Part shown: in pieces, positions 40,834-54,759 of the stretch
How the letters are laid out: each line of letters starts with the position of its first letter
Position numbering within the stretch: the stretch's first letter is position 1
Origin: Octopus vulgaris
Taxonomy: Eukaryota
Direction: 5' to 3'
DNA: 64,000 nt
Assembly (NCBI GenBank): GCA_951406725.2
Contig: OX597830.1
Coordinates: 45,260,001 to 45,324,000, forward strand
Made by a program: the position numbers and the translations under genes
Notes under the pieces: model-generated
What the model was told of the DNA's origin: nothing
The model's database searches: none
The model's input: only the letters and a program-made list of their open reading frames with translations

Positions 40834-42065
40834 ACAGGGTGCGTAAGTGGCTTTTGGAGACACCTCTTTCAAGAGCTCTAACTTCCTTCTTATTTATTTT
40901 TATTCAACATTACTTTCCAGATAAATAACATCAGACATTAGGTTGGCTCGGCAAATGAAAAGACACACTATAATCGTTGCCTTAAAAGCGGAACTAAATG
41001 ATACAGAGATGTCTACCTTCAAGAAAACTGCTCGATCCTTTGTTGTCAAAGTTCGAATGGCGCTGGAAGCTGTTGACGGGAATCCAACATCACCAGCTAA
41101 ACGCCAAACCCATGCATAGGGTTCTAAGGACATCACAACATATAACTTTGTACAAAACGTCCAAGAGATAATCAATAAAATTCCAGAAAATCAATCAGAG
41201 CCATTGCAAAAGGTTTCAGAATGCACCGTCAGAAGAGTTGTGTATGAGGACATCCGGTGCAAGTCGCGTGTGATGCGGAGGGGTCAGTTTATGTCGGATG
41301 TGACAAGAAAGACGCACTTGATTCCTACGATTTTCTTGCTAAACAAGTTAAACCACCAAGAGACATGAATGCTTTGGTTTTTCTCTGATGAGAAAAATTC
41401 CGATCAGGACTAAAAGGTAAACCGAAGGAACGACAGATGGTTATGCAGTGTCCCAAATGATGTCCCAACAGTCATGTATACTAAGTTTCCAACAATTGTG
41501 ATGATTCATGGGTGTCGTTAGCAACGAAGGATATGGCATGTCTCCTCACTTTGTCTTAAGAGTCAATACCGCTGTCTACACAGCGGTGTTGAAGGAAGTC
41601 CTGAGACCCTGGATTGATAGAGTACGCAACGGAAGACTTCATGTCTACCAACAAGACTCTGCGCCGTCTCATAAGACAAGAATAACTTATGCGTGGATGC
41701 GTACCAACATCTATGATGATGTTCTCTCAGACTCATGGCCTTCTAGATCACCAGATTTAACTCCACCAGGCCATTACGTATGGGATATAGTCGAGAGAGA
41801 GGTCAATCCACACCGCGTAATACCCCGTATTGAAGCATCCATATCTAAGTTCCCCTTGAGAGAGTTCAAATCCGGTCACTAATAAAACAAAAAGACTTTT
41901 TGAGTTAAGAGAGTTCCCGTGTTTGTAAATATGCGGTTGAGTTGGCGTGCTGGTTCTACTGTTGAGGCATACACCCAAGTATGGTGTGCATCTGCTCACA
42001 TAAGAATCTCACATGGAGAATTTTCGGAATGTCTTACAAATTTTCATTGTGCCACTAATAGATTG
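40834..42065 (+). mobile_element. Decayed Tc1/mariner-superfamily transposon (possibly DD37D/maT-like)
   Basis: FFSDEKN, NRRNDRWL, GVVSNEG, QQDSAPSH, WPSRSPDL; stops and frameshifts; TIRs not clear. Confidence 0.8.
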
Positions 42066-42159
42066 CATATACGCACGCACGAATGTATGTATGTATGTAT
42101 GTATGTATGTATGTATGTATGTATGTATGTATGTATGTGTGTGTTTATGTATATATGAA

Positions 42160-42760
42160 TGTATTTTCTGTGTTTAATCATTTGAAGAAGGAGCTGGTTT
42201 CTCACAAAGATACAAATTAGGCAACCATAACAATGTCACATTTTAAATGCGAGAAATGTTTTGCATAGTTTTACTGTTCCGCTTACAGATTATGCTTGGA
42301 CGAATAAATCGTTTGATTTCTTTTTATGAAAATCGAAGCTTATTCGGACTGATAGGCATTTACTTATAAAACCAAGTGCTCCAGTTATTATTGGTGTAAA
42401 TGTGAATTCGCAATCTGAATATAGAAGCTGGATGTTTCGAAGCAGTTGTCCTTAGTCATCTTCTTTATGATTATCAAAGAGATATCCACATCAGCAGGAC
42501 ATCTGTCCTCCATGGTACTACATACTTTGTCTGTTCCCAAACTACAACCTATCATGCTTACACTTGACATGTTTTGTTCCACCTGTATTCCTTGTGCTAG
42601 TATTTGTGTACGTATTCAATAACGGGGTATTCTCTATATTTACTATCCAGAACAATCTTTTTCTCCGAAAAGCTATTGTACGTTGTTTTTGAGACGACGT
42701 CATGTTGCACAGGAAGGCAGCGCCCTGAGGACATTTTTGAGAAGCTGCTAATCACATGAA
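42160..42760 (-). mobile_element. Decayed RLE retrotransposon 3' fragment
   Basis: HDVVSKTTYN and CPADVDI motifs, similar to the 58480 copy. Confidence 0.65.
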
Positions 42761-43074
42761 CGTACATGTGTATGTATGTATGTATGTATGTATGTATGTA
42801 TGTATGTATGTATGTAGTTATGGGCGTGCGTTTTAGTATTTGTGTATCTCGTACTACCACTTCACAACCAGTGTTAGTTTATTTATGTCCCTGTAAAATA
42901 GCGGGCTCGGCAAAAGAGACTGATAAGGTAAGCATCAGGCTTTATTAAAATAAGTACCATTCAAGATGTCCAGCATGGCCGTAGTCAAATACCCAAAACA
43001 AGTAAAAGGAAAGATGCATACATGCATACATTCATGCACACACGCGCGCGCGCGCACACATGCACGTATGTATG

Positions 43075-43515
43075 TACATCATTGTTCAAGTTTGTTTCAA
43101 GATTTCTTGCCAATAAAGAAAGAGCTGGTTTCTAACCTAGATCTAAGGCTCCTTCATTGGAATTTCAACATCAACAACAGGGTATTTTTGTTTGTATGTA
43201 TGTATACGTGCAGATTTGTATGTTTTGTTTTATGTATGTATTCCCATGCATATAATTGCATATCATATATATTTAAATGATAAACTTCCGGAACGTTTTA
43301 CAGATTTTTACAGTTCCAGTGATGGATTGGATGTGTCGTCTTCGAATTAGCTTTCTCCTTTTTGGTTTTGAGGAGCCTAATTTCTCAAAATTGACATTTA
43401 GGCAGTGTGTTACATATTCCAGGGCCCTAATAATTACAGGTATAAACCTGAACTTGTAATCTGGATAGAGTACCTGCAGAGTTATCAATAGTTCAACGTA
43501 GACATTCTCTTTTTC
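43075..43515 (-). mobile_element. RLE retrotransposon 3' end, same family as 28256 and 29580
   Basis: LYPDYKFRFIPVIIRALEYV..IQSITGTVKICKTF plus shared 3' UTR. Confidence 0.85.
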
Positions 43516-43529
43516 AATGTTCAGCTTTA

Positions 43530-43561
<32 letters not shown>

Positions 43562-44331
43562 CGCGTGTGTACATGTATGTGTGTGTGCGTGTGTACATGT
43601 GTGTGTGTACACGTACTCCATTAACCTTACTAGCCATCTATCAATATTAGTTTTCCAAGAGCGCAAAATTATGTTTTTGTTTGAAAGCTGTGAAGACAAC
43701 AAAAGGTATGAGAATCTATTAATAAGAGAAACTATAAGGAAAAGAAAAGGTAGGAGAAATCTACAGATCTAAAAATAACCACAGACATGTTGGGTGTGCC
43801 CTGCTATGAGCAATGTGCGTAAGCAAAACATTGGCAGAGTATTATAACATGTAGGCAATAGCCTGGCTTACTTGCAAGAGCACAGACGTACCTTAATTAG
43901 AATCATATTGTTTAAAAAAATCTAAATAGTAGAAAGAACTATCAGATAGTTGCGAAGTCCAGTCTCCTTCAGATGCTAATATTAAATTATGCAGTTTAAA
44001 TGCTTAAATGTCACTACTTTTTTTTATTATATTCACTTCCATTGTTGATTAAGGAGTGTTTTCCTCCCCTCTAATGTCACTGAGAATATTTGCTAGAATG
44101 AGAAATATAATAACGTAAAGCAATTGGAAAGATGAGAACTAAGTCTAAATATTTCAATACGAATCCGATATGATAAAGCTGAACGCTTTACTTGCTAATA
44201 TATTGTAATATCCAACAGCAATATGGCGCGCCTGATTCGTGTGCCCACCTACTACTGACAGGCTGACTACCATTTTAAGCAAATATATGAAGTGGAATGC
44301 ATATTTTACGTATACATACATATTATATATA

Positions 44332-44368
<37 letters not shown>

Positions 44369-44490
44369 CACATTTATATTTCTGTCGCAATCATTTGGAC
44401 TGTGGATATACTGGGATACCGCCATGAACACTAGTCCTTCACACACACACACACACATACATGTATGTATATATGTATATATATATATAT

Positions 44491-44573
44491 TTTATTTTAT
44501 AGAAGGAGCTTCTACAGGACTAGAACTGTTTCATTCAAAAGAAATCATCAGGAAGCTCCTTCTATAAAATAAA
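44491..44573 (-). ncRNA. Type I hammerhead ribozyme with a perfect 22-bp helix I
   Basis: Minus strand TTTATTTTATAGAAGGAGCTTC-CTGATGA-tTTC(tttt)GAAt-GAAA-CAG(ttctagtc)CTG-TA-GAAGCTCCTTCTATAAAATAAA. Confidence 0.88.
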
Positions 44574-44639
44574 TTAATTTACTCTGCTATGTATTGAGTA
44601 CCTTATTTACTGTGGTTAACCCCGACTCAACCCGGGACC

Positions 44640-44725
<86 letters not shown>

Positions 44726-44738
44726 TATAATGTATATA

Positions 44739-44828
<90 letters not shown>

Positions 44829-45587
44829 GAACCAAAGTTATTTTATTCCGCACGGGTAGAAACATAGGAAAAATAGAAGTTGAAAATAATAATCTTCTGA
44901 TTATATTTAACGATTTAACCGGTTTCAGTTTACATTGATTTTCAAAAAGGTTGAAATAAAAAGACGTGGCTGGTCATTTGTACGTACACAATTACTCACA
45001 CCCAAAACTCATTCTCCACTTAACATGAGGAACCTACACAGCTAACAACCTAAACTTTAGCCACTGAACTCCTGTCCACTCACCCATCTGACAGATTAAA
45101 TTTAGAGTATCCTGATTTATAAATAACAATGTTCGCTCAACCGTGTCGGCCTTCATTTTAGGCACGAAACGCACGGACGTAGCGGAAAACGTACAAAAGG
45201 TTCTAAACTTTATCACGAGTTCATTCTCTACAAACACTTGACAGAAAACATTCAGAGCATTGACTGTGTGGTACTATCACTAAACACGTTCAGTCAATCG
45301 TGTCAACCTTAATTTACGACGCCAAACATTGTCACTTGATACTAACAGACGAACGTAGCGGGGAACCTGCAAACATTTTTAAGACCAGTCATGTGACTAT
45401 CCTCTACCAATCAAGTCCTATGCAAAGCATATACAATTTGAAAGCATATAAAATTTGAACCATGGGCTCCCTATAAAAACAGAGCAAGCTTCAAACACTA
45501 GTCAGAAGCAAGCCATCTTGATGAGAGTTGCCTCGCAGTTTTTGGGTGTTGGTGTTGATTTCTTTGGAACATTAAATTGTTATACAC

Positions 45588-45629
<42 letters not shown>

Positions 45630-46462
45630 GTATTGTTGTGGGTTTCCCCGTGCGGCTGAACCGGGATTAGTTAAAATTGTAATTAGGTAATGGTAGACGA
45701 TTGTGGTTATGTACGGACGGGGGAACCAAGGGAAGTGGCCTGCCCGGACAGTTCGGGTCCAGGGCGTAAAGAAGGGAATACCGGTAGGAGCGGGTGGCAT
45801 GTAGTAACATGTTTGAGGGATGCCACCATGGAGCAGAGAATAGCGATGTTTAGGGATGCCATAGGGATTGAATTGCCAGCTGAGCGTTGCCCGGAGCGCG
45901 TGAAGGGAGTGCTGATTGACAGAGGAGGTATGAAAGGCTGGAGGACTTATTTAGGGCTGATGTGAACCCTTTGGGGCAGGAAATTGAGTTTGAGGAGCTG
46001 CCAAGTGTGGTTACATGCGAGGAGTTGGTACCTCTAAGGAATGGTAATAAAAGGAGTACTTTAAAAGAGAAAAAAAGAAAAAGATAAAAAGGAAATAGAT
46101 TTAAATTTAAAATTTCTTTTCAAAAAAACGAGGAAAAAGATGTAAAAAGAAAGAAGAAAAGAAAACTTTCATAACTTGTATAAATTAACAGTAAAACAGT
46201 ACTGCTTGAGAAGTGGGGTTCAATGCAACTATTTCGTTATTATCCTTTCATTATACATTTTTGTCATTTGTCATTCGTTTTATGTATTACGTCCCCGCAG
46301 TAAGTATTTTGTCTGTTCTTGTGTTGTCCCCTCTATGTTATGGCCGGGGGGGGGGGCAAATAAAGAAAAGCAGAAGCAAAACAGTTGCGACATAAGCCAC
46401 GTCTTCTTATTTGAACTTTTTGGAAAATTAGTGTAAACTATGAAACCAGTTAAATCTTTAAA

Positions 46463-46845
46463 TCTCTCTCTATATAAACGGCAGTTTGTCTGTGCGTTTT
46501 CTGTGTGTCTGTTTTCTCGTACCCTCACCCTGACCACGGCTTTCAACCGATTCTGATGAAACTTGACACACACATAGCCCAATGTCATAATTCAAAACTA
46601 ACGCAGCGAAAATTTTGAAAAGTTCCCCCAGTTCTGAAAAAAATCGATAAATTCGACATGGAGTCGAGAATCAGAAACCCAAACCACAGACCGTCTAGGG
46701 GAAGCAACTCCACCTTTTTTTAACTCTCAAAAAAAATTTATCATCATTTTTTTTCCATTTTTTTGCTATTTTTTGGCTATAACTCTAAAATTGCTTTATA
46801 GTTATTTCCCTTACAAACCTGAGCAACGCCGGGCGATACTGCTAG
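46463..46845 (+). mobile_element. Non-autonomous Helitron-type element
   Basis: A|TC start, subterminal hairpin, CTAG|T end; close match to 31530-31913. Confidence 0.85.
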
Positions 46846-46934
46846 TATAATAATAAAAACTAATTTCAACTATTCTCAGGGCATTTTCAACTTCTATTTT
46901 TCCTATATGTACACACACACACACACACACACAT

Positions 46935-47338
46935 TCTTTTATTCTTTGTCTTGTTTCAGTCATTCGACTGCGGCTATGCTGAAGCAACGCCTTTAGTCGA
47001 GCACATCGACCCAGGATGTATTCTTTGTAAGCCTAGTACTTATTCTATCGGTCTCTTTTGTCGAACCGCTAAGTTACGGGGACGTAAACACAACAGCATC
47101 GGTTGTCAAGCGATGTTGGGGTACAAACACATTCACGCAAACATATACGCACATACATATGTATATATACATATACACGACAGGATTCTTTCAGTTTCCG
47201 TCTACCAAATCCACTCACAAGGCTTTGGTCGGCCTTAGGCTATAGAAGATACTTGCTCAAGGTGCCACGCAGTGGTACTGAACCCGGAACCATGTAGTTG
47301 GTAAACAAGCTACTTACCATACAGCCACTCTTGCGCCT
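46935..47338 (-). mobile_element. tRNA-derived SINE family C (CORE-like), full length
   Basis: Minus-strand head GAGTGGCTGTATGGTAAG..GGTTCAGTACC, then GGCACCTTGAGCAAGT (CORE-like). Confidence 0.85.
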
Positions 47339-47348
47339 ATCTATCTAA

Positions 47349-47415
<67 letters not shown>

Positions 47416-47509
47416 GATGGTACCCTGCACCGTCAGCCACAATTGCTGACAACTGAATTTTACCTTTTTGAGTTTATATTGCGGATAGTCGCCTTCGTTA
47501 TTTGATATA

Positions 47510-48788
47510 TCAAGGTCATCCCATAAGTTCTGTCCGATTTTATCTTTTTTTTAAATTGAATGAAATTTAATAGTATTTTAGAATGTTTAGTGGAATTAAA
47601 AATTATTTTTATGCATTTGTGTACATTTTAACTAATTAAATATTATTTTACAGAATAATAGACTTAAAATTTCTATGATTAAAACCCTTTCTAACATGGA
47701 AGTATCCAAGGAGCATTTGAGGCACATAATGCTTTATGAGTACAAAAAAGGAAACTGCAGCCGAAGCGACTCGAAACATATACTCAGTTTATGGGGAAAG
47801 AATGCTTGAATGAAAGAATTTGCAGAAGATGGTTTGCAAAATTCAGAAGTAGAGATTTCAGCCTTGAAGATGAAGATCGAACAGGACGTCCAATTGAGTT
47901 TGATGATAAGCTCCTTGAAACATTACTTGAAGAAAATCCTGCATTATCAGTTGAAGAATTGGCAATAAAGCTTAGTTCAAACCATACAACTGTTCATCGA
48001 CATCTTCAACAACTTGGAAAGGTTCATAAACTTGGAAAATGGGTGCCTCATGAATTTTCCGAAAGCAACTGCAAATCCCGAGTTGACATCTGCTCTTCTC
48101 TCCATTCTCGAGAACTTATTTCACCCTTTATTTGTGACTGGTGACAAAAAATGGATCTTCTATCGAAATGTTAAACGTCGTAAACAGTGGCTTGGTAAAA
48201 GGGAAAAAGCTCCACCTCAACTGAGAAGGGAATTTCATGGGGAAAAGGTTCTTCTCTCTATCTGGTGGGATTGCAAAGGAGTAATTCACTTTGAATTGTT
48301 ACGACTTAATGCAACAATCAATGCTCAAGTCTACTGTCAGCAATTAGAGTGTTTGAACCGTGCTTTGAAGAAAAATAGACCTGCTTTAGTGAATCGAAAA
48401 GGAGTGATGTTTCATCAGGATAATGCGCGACACCACACTGCAAAGATCACATCACAGAAGATCGAAGAGCTTGTTGGGAAAAAATTCCTCATCTACCTTA
48501 TTCTCCCGACCTTGCTCCTTCAGACTACCATTTGTTTCGTAGTTTACAGAATCATTAGGAGACATAACTTTCGCGAGCCAGGAGGAGGTCGAAACTGACA
48601 TTTCAGAGTTCTTCGCATTGAAACCAAAAGAGTTTTACATTGATGAGATTAAAAAGCTGGTAAATAGATGGAAGTAAGTCATAGATAATCAGGGAAAGTA
48701 CATTGATGATTAAATTTCAATTAAATATAACATTTGATCACTTGTTGTCTTTATTCAAAATTCGGACAAATCTAATGGGATGACCTGA
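47510..48788 (+). mobile_element. Full-length mariner transposon, TA-flanked
   Basis: TIRs TCAAGGTCATCCCATAAGTTCTGTCCGA / TCGGACAAATCTAATGGGATGACCTGA. Confidence 0.92.
47696..48713 (+). pseudogene. Mariner DD34D transposase pseudogene
   Basis: MEVSKEHLRHIMLYEY, WFAKFRS, WVPHE, VTGDKKW, HQDNARHH, YSPDLAPSDY spread over several frames. Confidence 0.92.
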
Positions 48789-49964
48789 TATATATGTTCA
48801 TCTCCATACACTTGCATACACCAGATTGAAAATTGTTTCAGAAACCAGGTTCTGCTGTTCGTAAGTTGCCCCTAATATTTCCCTCTGTCTATCTCCTAGA
48901 ATCCTCGCTTTCAAACAGTTTCATTTAGCTGTGAATATGCGTCACTTACTAATGTAATGTAACACTGTAAATAAGTGGCAAACTAAAATATATATATATA
49001 TGTATCCGTACTACCGTTATATATCAATAGTACAAAGTATACTGAATTTCTGCACAAGAGTATTTGGCTCGATATGAAGCAAAGGAAACAGTCTTCAGTA
49101 CATTGAGATCAGAGGTTAGAGTTGAATTTATTAATATGAGACGTTCCCTTTTAGAGCACTGAAGTTTCACTGCTATTTCTGACAAGCTTCCTTTTTTTGT
49201 CAACAACAACAAAAAGTTAATTGTATTAGTTCTTAACTTGAGAAAACCATAATCTTAAACATCCGTATATGATCGGTAAAATAGATTTCTCTTATAATCA
49301 CACGCCCAAGTTTATGCAGTCGAGGAAATGAATTGGTGTCACGGTTATGTCTTTCTCATGGATATTAGTAATATTCACGAAGGGAAAATCAAACCGGAAA
49401 TTGAAAATTGATACCAGTTCACAGGAATCTGGTTTCCGGTTGTAAACCTAATAAACATGTATATATACTTTCAAAAGAATTCCATAAACCATTGGGTTGT
49501 TGAGTTAAATCTGAGGGCATCATATTTATATTAAGTATCTGACAGGTCATCTTGGTGAGTCCCTCTGCAATTCAGACTAAACTCAATATTGCACGCCAAT
49601 GAAACGTAGGTCCCGTTTTCAGTGTTACTACTTCTATTAGAAGCTACCCAACAAGGGAGCCTCTAAACGATCTCCCGATCAAATTTCCTTTAGTTCATAA
49701 ACTACTATTGTACGAAGGAACTTATAGGGTGTATCCCAAAGTACATGTTACCTAGGCATAGATCTGAATGGGACCTTAAACATAGGTCTGCTCGATTAGG
49801 ACTCACCAGAAGTTAAAGAGTAACAACCACTACACTCGGTATCGAGTTTTATCCAGCAGAGTCAGTGACTGAGGTTTTTGAGAGTCAAGTACATGTGTCA
49901 AAATACAGGCAACTTATTTTACCTCAGCCATTTCCGGTATATGAACGTCTTCAACTGTTCAATA

Positions 49965-50278
49965 TTCTTTTATTCTTTTATTTGTTTCAGTCATTTGACT
50001 GAGGCTATGCTGGAGCAATGCCTTTAGTCGAACAAATCAACCTCAGAACTTATTCTTTGTAAGCCTAGTACTTATTCTACTGGTTTCTTTTACCGAACAG
50101 CTAAATTACGGGGACGTAAACACATCAGCATCAGTTGCCAAGCGATGGGGAGGGGACCAACACGGAACAAACACACACACACACATACATATGTACGACG
50201 GGCTTCTTTCAGTTTCCGCCTACCAAATCCACTCACAAGGCTTTGATCGACCAGAGGCTATAGTAGCGGACACTTGTC
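49965..50278 (-). mobile_element. SINE family C, head truncated
   Basis: Matches the body of the 62648 copy. Confidence 0.85.
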
Positions 50279-50604
50279 ATTGGCATTGATGTGACAACAT
50301 CTGAAATGTTGTCGAGGTATATGTTGGCTGATGAAGATAAATCAAGTATATGTGTGCAGACATATCTTGAGAAATCTGAAACCGGTCCCACATTATCCCT
50401 TTCTAGGTATTTCATCTTTCAGATGTTCTCCCTGGAGGTAAGACATTTTTTTTTCAAGTTTGTTGCACACACGCATTTTTGCTAGTACATACGCAGTGAA
50501 GCTATACATTAGCGTCGGATTTATTACGTTCGCTATTTTCCAGTAAATATCGGTACTTCGTTGTGCCATATATATATATATATATATATATATCAGCTGA
50601 TGCA

Positions 50605-51372
50605 TTATAAAAGAAAGACTATGCTATAACAGCCATACTCTCTTCCTTCAGAGGAATCACACACAGCATCTAATAATATCAGGGACTTAGGAGTAATTGC
50701 TGACAACAATCTCAGCTGGAGAGCCCACATCAACAATAAGGTTGATATAGCTCGTAGGATGAGCTCCTGAATCATAAAGACCTTCCGGTGCAGAGAACAA
50801 GGTGTCATCTCCTTTGTACGGCCACACCTCGAATACTGCTGCCTCCTGTGGTCTTCCCCTACAAAACATTTCGAAAATTGAGTCACCCTAGAGGGCATTC
50901 ACTAAAAGAATTAAGGGCAAGAGTGATCTCGATTGTTGCGACTGCCTTAAGGCATTGAAACTTTATTCTCTTCAGCGCCGCCGTGAGTGATACATCTTTT
51001 GCACGATGTGGGGAATATACCACCAGCATTGTCCATATAACCTTAGCATTAGTTTCAGAATTCATCCAAAGCTAGGACCACGAGCCATATGTCTCCTCCC
51101 CAATTCAATATCACAACACATAAATACACTAATACAATTTCTTTTCCTCAACAGGCCCTGCCCTATTTAACATTGTCCCGAAAAGATGAAAAGAATGCCA
51201 TCACCTTTAAACGGAATCTGGACAATTTTTTTCAAGGAATACTAGATGAGCCACCTGTACCTGGATACAGCTCACTCAGCAAGAACTCCCTACTCGAATA
51301 GACCATGATACCACAAAACTTGACTTTAAAAGGATTTAGTTAATCCTATCAGGTGGTCGAAACATATCTAAG
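50605..51372 (+). mobile_element. 5'-truncated CR1-like LINE, same family as 3905
   Basis: Collinear with 4195-5012; RDLGVIADNNLSW and RPHLEYCC. Confidence 0.9.
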
Positions 51373-51415
<43 letters not shown>

Positions 51416-51419
<4 letters not shown>

Positions 51420-51837
51420 ACAGAAAAACAAAGGACAAAGATAGGTGTATTAGCTTGACGCTCGGGAAAGTGAGAATGTCTTTTACGTTTCGAGCCTACG
51501 CTCTTCAGCAGAAAAGAATAAGAGAAAATAAACAGAGAGAGAACATAAAAAACGTATGGATTTAGCGATGAAGCATGTTGACTGGTTGAGAAAAAATGGT
51601 TTGACAGGAGAGGTAGAAAGAAGGAGAGATAATAAAGTATCGGTGATCCCAAAACGAAGGTACATGTGAAAATGTTTAAGTGTGTGTGTGTGTGTGGACG
51701 ATGGTGTGTGGGTGTCCGGATGATGGTGATGGATGATGTGCAGATGGTGGTATTTAGTGTGGGTGCTGGGGAGTGGTCAGTGCTAGTGTTTGGATTGGTG
51801 TGGGGTGGGGTGATGTGGTGTGTAGTGTGGGTGTTGG

Positions 51838-51840
<3 letters not shown>
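51416..51840 (-). mobile_element. TA-embedded Penelope-type tail with core-variant hammerhead (51479-51516)
   Basis: Minus strand CTTTT-CTGCTGA-aGAGC(gtag)GCTC-GAAA-CG-TA-AAAG; shares TTTCCYGAGCGTC with the 31291 element. Confidence 0.65.
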
Positions 51841-51889
<49 letters not shown>

Positions 51890-53002
51890 TATACACATTT
51901 AATGGACTCTCCAGTCGATAACGATGTATGACTGTTCAACTTTTGCCGAACGACCTGCACAAACGATTGGTTTTTATTCTGATCAAATGTATGCGCCGTA
52001 CATTAGCTTACTTCTTCCATCAAATCGACATTACCTGAAAAAGTGCCACGAGAAGAGGCCAGAAGGCTCAGTATATCAAAATCATACCATCTTCCAGCGT
52101 GGAGTTTTGAAGTCGATAGATAGCTGAATTCGAAAAGTAAGGTGATATAACCAAATGCCAAAGGATTTTTATCTGATGCTCCGCCGATTCTGATTTCCAC
52201 TCACCATTTTCATCCACAACTAATCATTCCTGAAAAGCATATTATTCTAGAGGCTAAATCTGCAAGTTTTTGGCGCAATGATTTTTGTTTTTATTGGCGA
52301 AATTATGAAACACAGAAGAAATACAGTTCATTTCTGTCTGCTAAGATCAGAAGAAGAATTAAAATATTTATTACATATCTATTTCTAGTGACTGCTGGAA
52401 ATATGAATGCTTTAAAATAGACTTCGTACAAAATACTGAGTTACAAGACAAAAATAGAAATCACTCGTTGATCAGAAGTTACACAAAGCTTCATAAAACA
52501 TCAGAATACAAATAGGGAAAATGAAAAAGAAATTTGACAGTAAAACTTCGGTTGCATATCGACCACAATAATAATATTTGAATGGTTCTTATAAAGGTGT
52601 TTGATACAGAACGAAAAGTAAAGAGTTGAAGGTCATCGATTCTTTACATTACATGCAGGGAAAAGGAAACATCGCTTATGTAGTGTATAAAATAAAAACC
52701 ACTTGGTGTTGGAAACAATACAGAGCATACAACACTACACATAAGACTGTAGCAAGACTTACTAAAAAATACTATCTCTACGTTTGTATTTGTGAATTGA
52801 TAATATTGTGAGTAAAAAGTTAAAACAAAAATATAATGAAAGGAAAAAATGATTGAAATACCACGAGGGAATATGACAAGAACTCACACAACTTGTAAAT
52901 AGACACTTACCTGGCGTCCAACAAGATTGAGAACGTTATCCTTCAAAGAGAATTGGATTGATGGCATTACATACTGGTGTACGTCTATATACATAAATAC
53001 AT

Positions 53003-53084
<82 letters not shown>

Positions 53085-53090
53085 ATTCGA

Positions 53091-53317
53091 CAAGAAGCGA
53101 TAAATTACAGAACTCTATACGTAAATGCAGAGAATTCTTTAATACATTATGAATGAAAGCTTTGTGATTCCAGAACTCCGAGTTACACGTTTCTAACCTT
53201 TCAGCCTGAAATATATTCAAACAACAAGTTGTTCAAGAGAAAACAGGCCCCAGTTACCAGCTGAATGATCGGAAGTATGAAACTCGGAGTTCTGCAATTA
53301 CGATCTTTTCAGTTACT
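53091..53317. mobile_element. TA-embedded fold-back insert with a degenerate hammerhead (53258-53294, +)
   Basis: CAG-CTGAATGA..GAAA-CTCGGAG-TT-CTG; CAGAACTCCGAGTT (53171) is inverted at 53281. Confidence 0.5.
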
Positions 53318-53392
53318 ATATATACATATATTCAATACATATATAATATATACATATATTTAGTTATAATAGATACATATATTCATATACAA

Positions 53393-53660
<268 letters not shown>

Positions 53661-54682
53661 GATAAGGGGTGATAGAGATAAAACAGGTTAACGAAAATTG
53701 AAATACTTGCAATGTATTTTTCTCTACTTGCATAATACAGGAATTTTTTTACAGAAATAACATAAAATAACATTATAAGAGAGGGGGGATAGAGAGGTGG
53801 TATACGGAGTAAGAGATAGAGAAAGAGGAAGGGAGGGAGACAGAAGTATTCAACAACTTTTATTGGTAAAATAACTGAAAATTGTGAATTTGGATTCGCT
53901 TGAGCCATGTTTTGGATAATAATATTTCTTCATATTCCTACTCGACCTCTTCTAACTCCAGGTCGGTAAAGCATTGAGGTGTGCTCTGCTAGACTATGAA
54001 AATATTCCGGAGGCATTAGCTGACTCAACTAAAGTTTCATAGGATCTCGTTAAATTCTAATTAATGCTTGACAATTGAGTCGACACCTGTCCTAAGAAGT
54101 TTAGGAATAGAATAGCAAACCACTATTTAAAACCAATTTACTTACACTCTATACTAAAGTGTATTTTATAAGTGAGACTATTTCGTTTCCCGTTCGGTGT
54201 GTTCTCGGCTCTACAAAAACATAGCTGTGAAACAGTTATCATAAACAGAGTTATTTCGGACAACTATAATTTATTAAAACATTTTGTTTTAATATAGTGT
54301 TGAGTGAACATAAAGTAATTTGTTTAAGTACGTATATTACTGATACTCAAATAACTTTCAAAGGAGGCGCCGAGGTATTTTTGATCTCAGAAAAGTGCAA
54401 GCGAACTTTGAACGGCTTGAAGTACCGATTTGGTCGTCTGCTCTTCAACAATAATTTTGTTCATGATGAGGACATGAAGTAAAATATTTGAATAACATTG
54501 ATATTAAATACCAGTGTCAGGTAGGTTTTCAAAATTATCGTTCTGTTTAGCTTAATTACGTTGTAATAGATATGTTGAAATAAGATAGGATACACCATGC
54601 AATACGTACATACACACACTCTATCTCTCATTCACTCACGCGCATATGGGTGGGTAGGTAGGTAGGTAGTCAGATAGATAGG

Positions 54683-54759
<77 letters not shown>

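Noticed and set aside
45690-45965. 91-aa ORF in a GC-richer block
   Set aside because: No recognisable motif or splice context; probably a retroelement ORF1-type remnant, but it cannot be assigned
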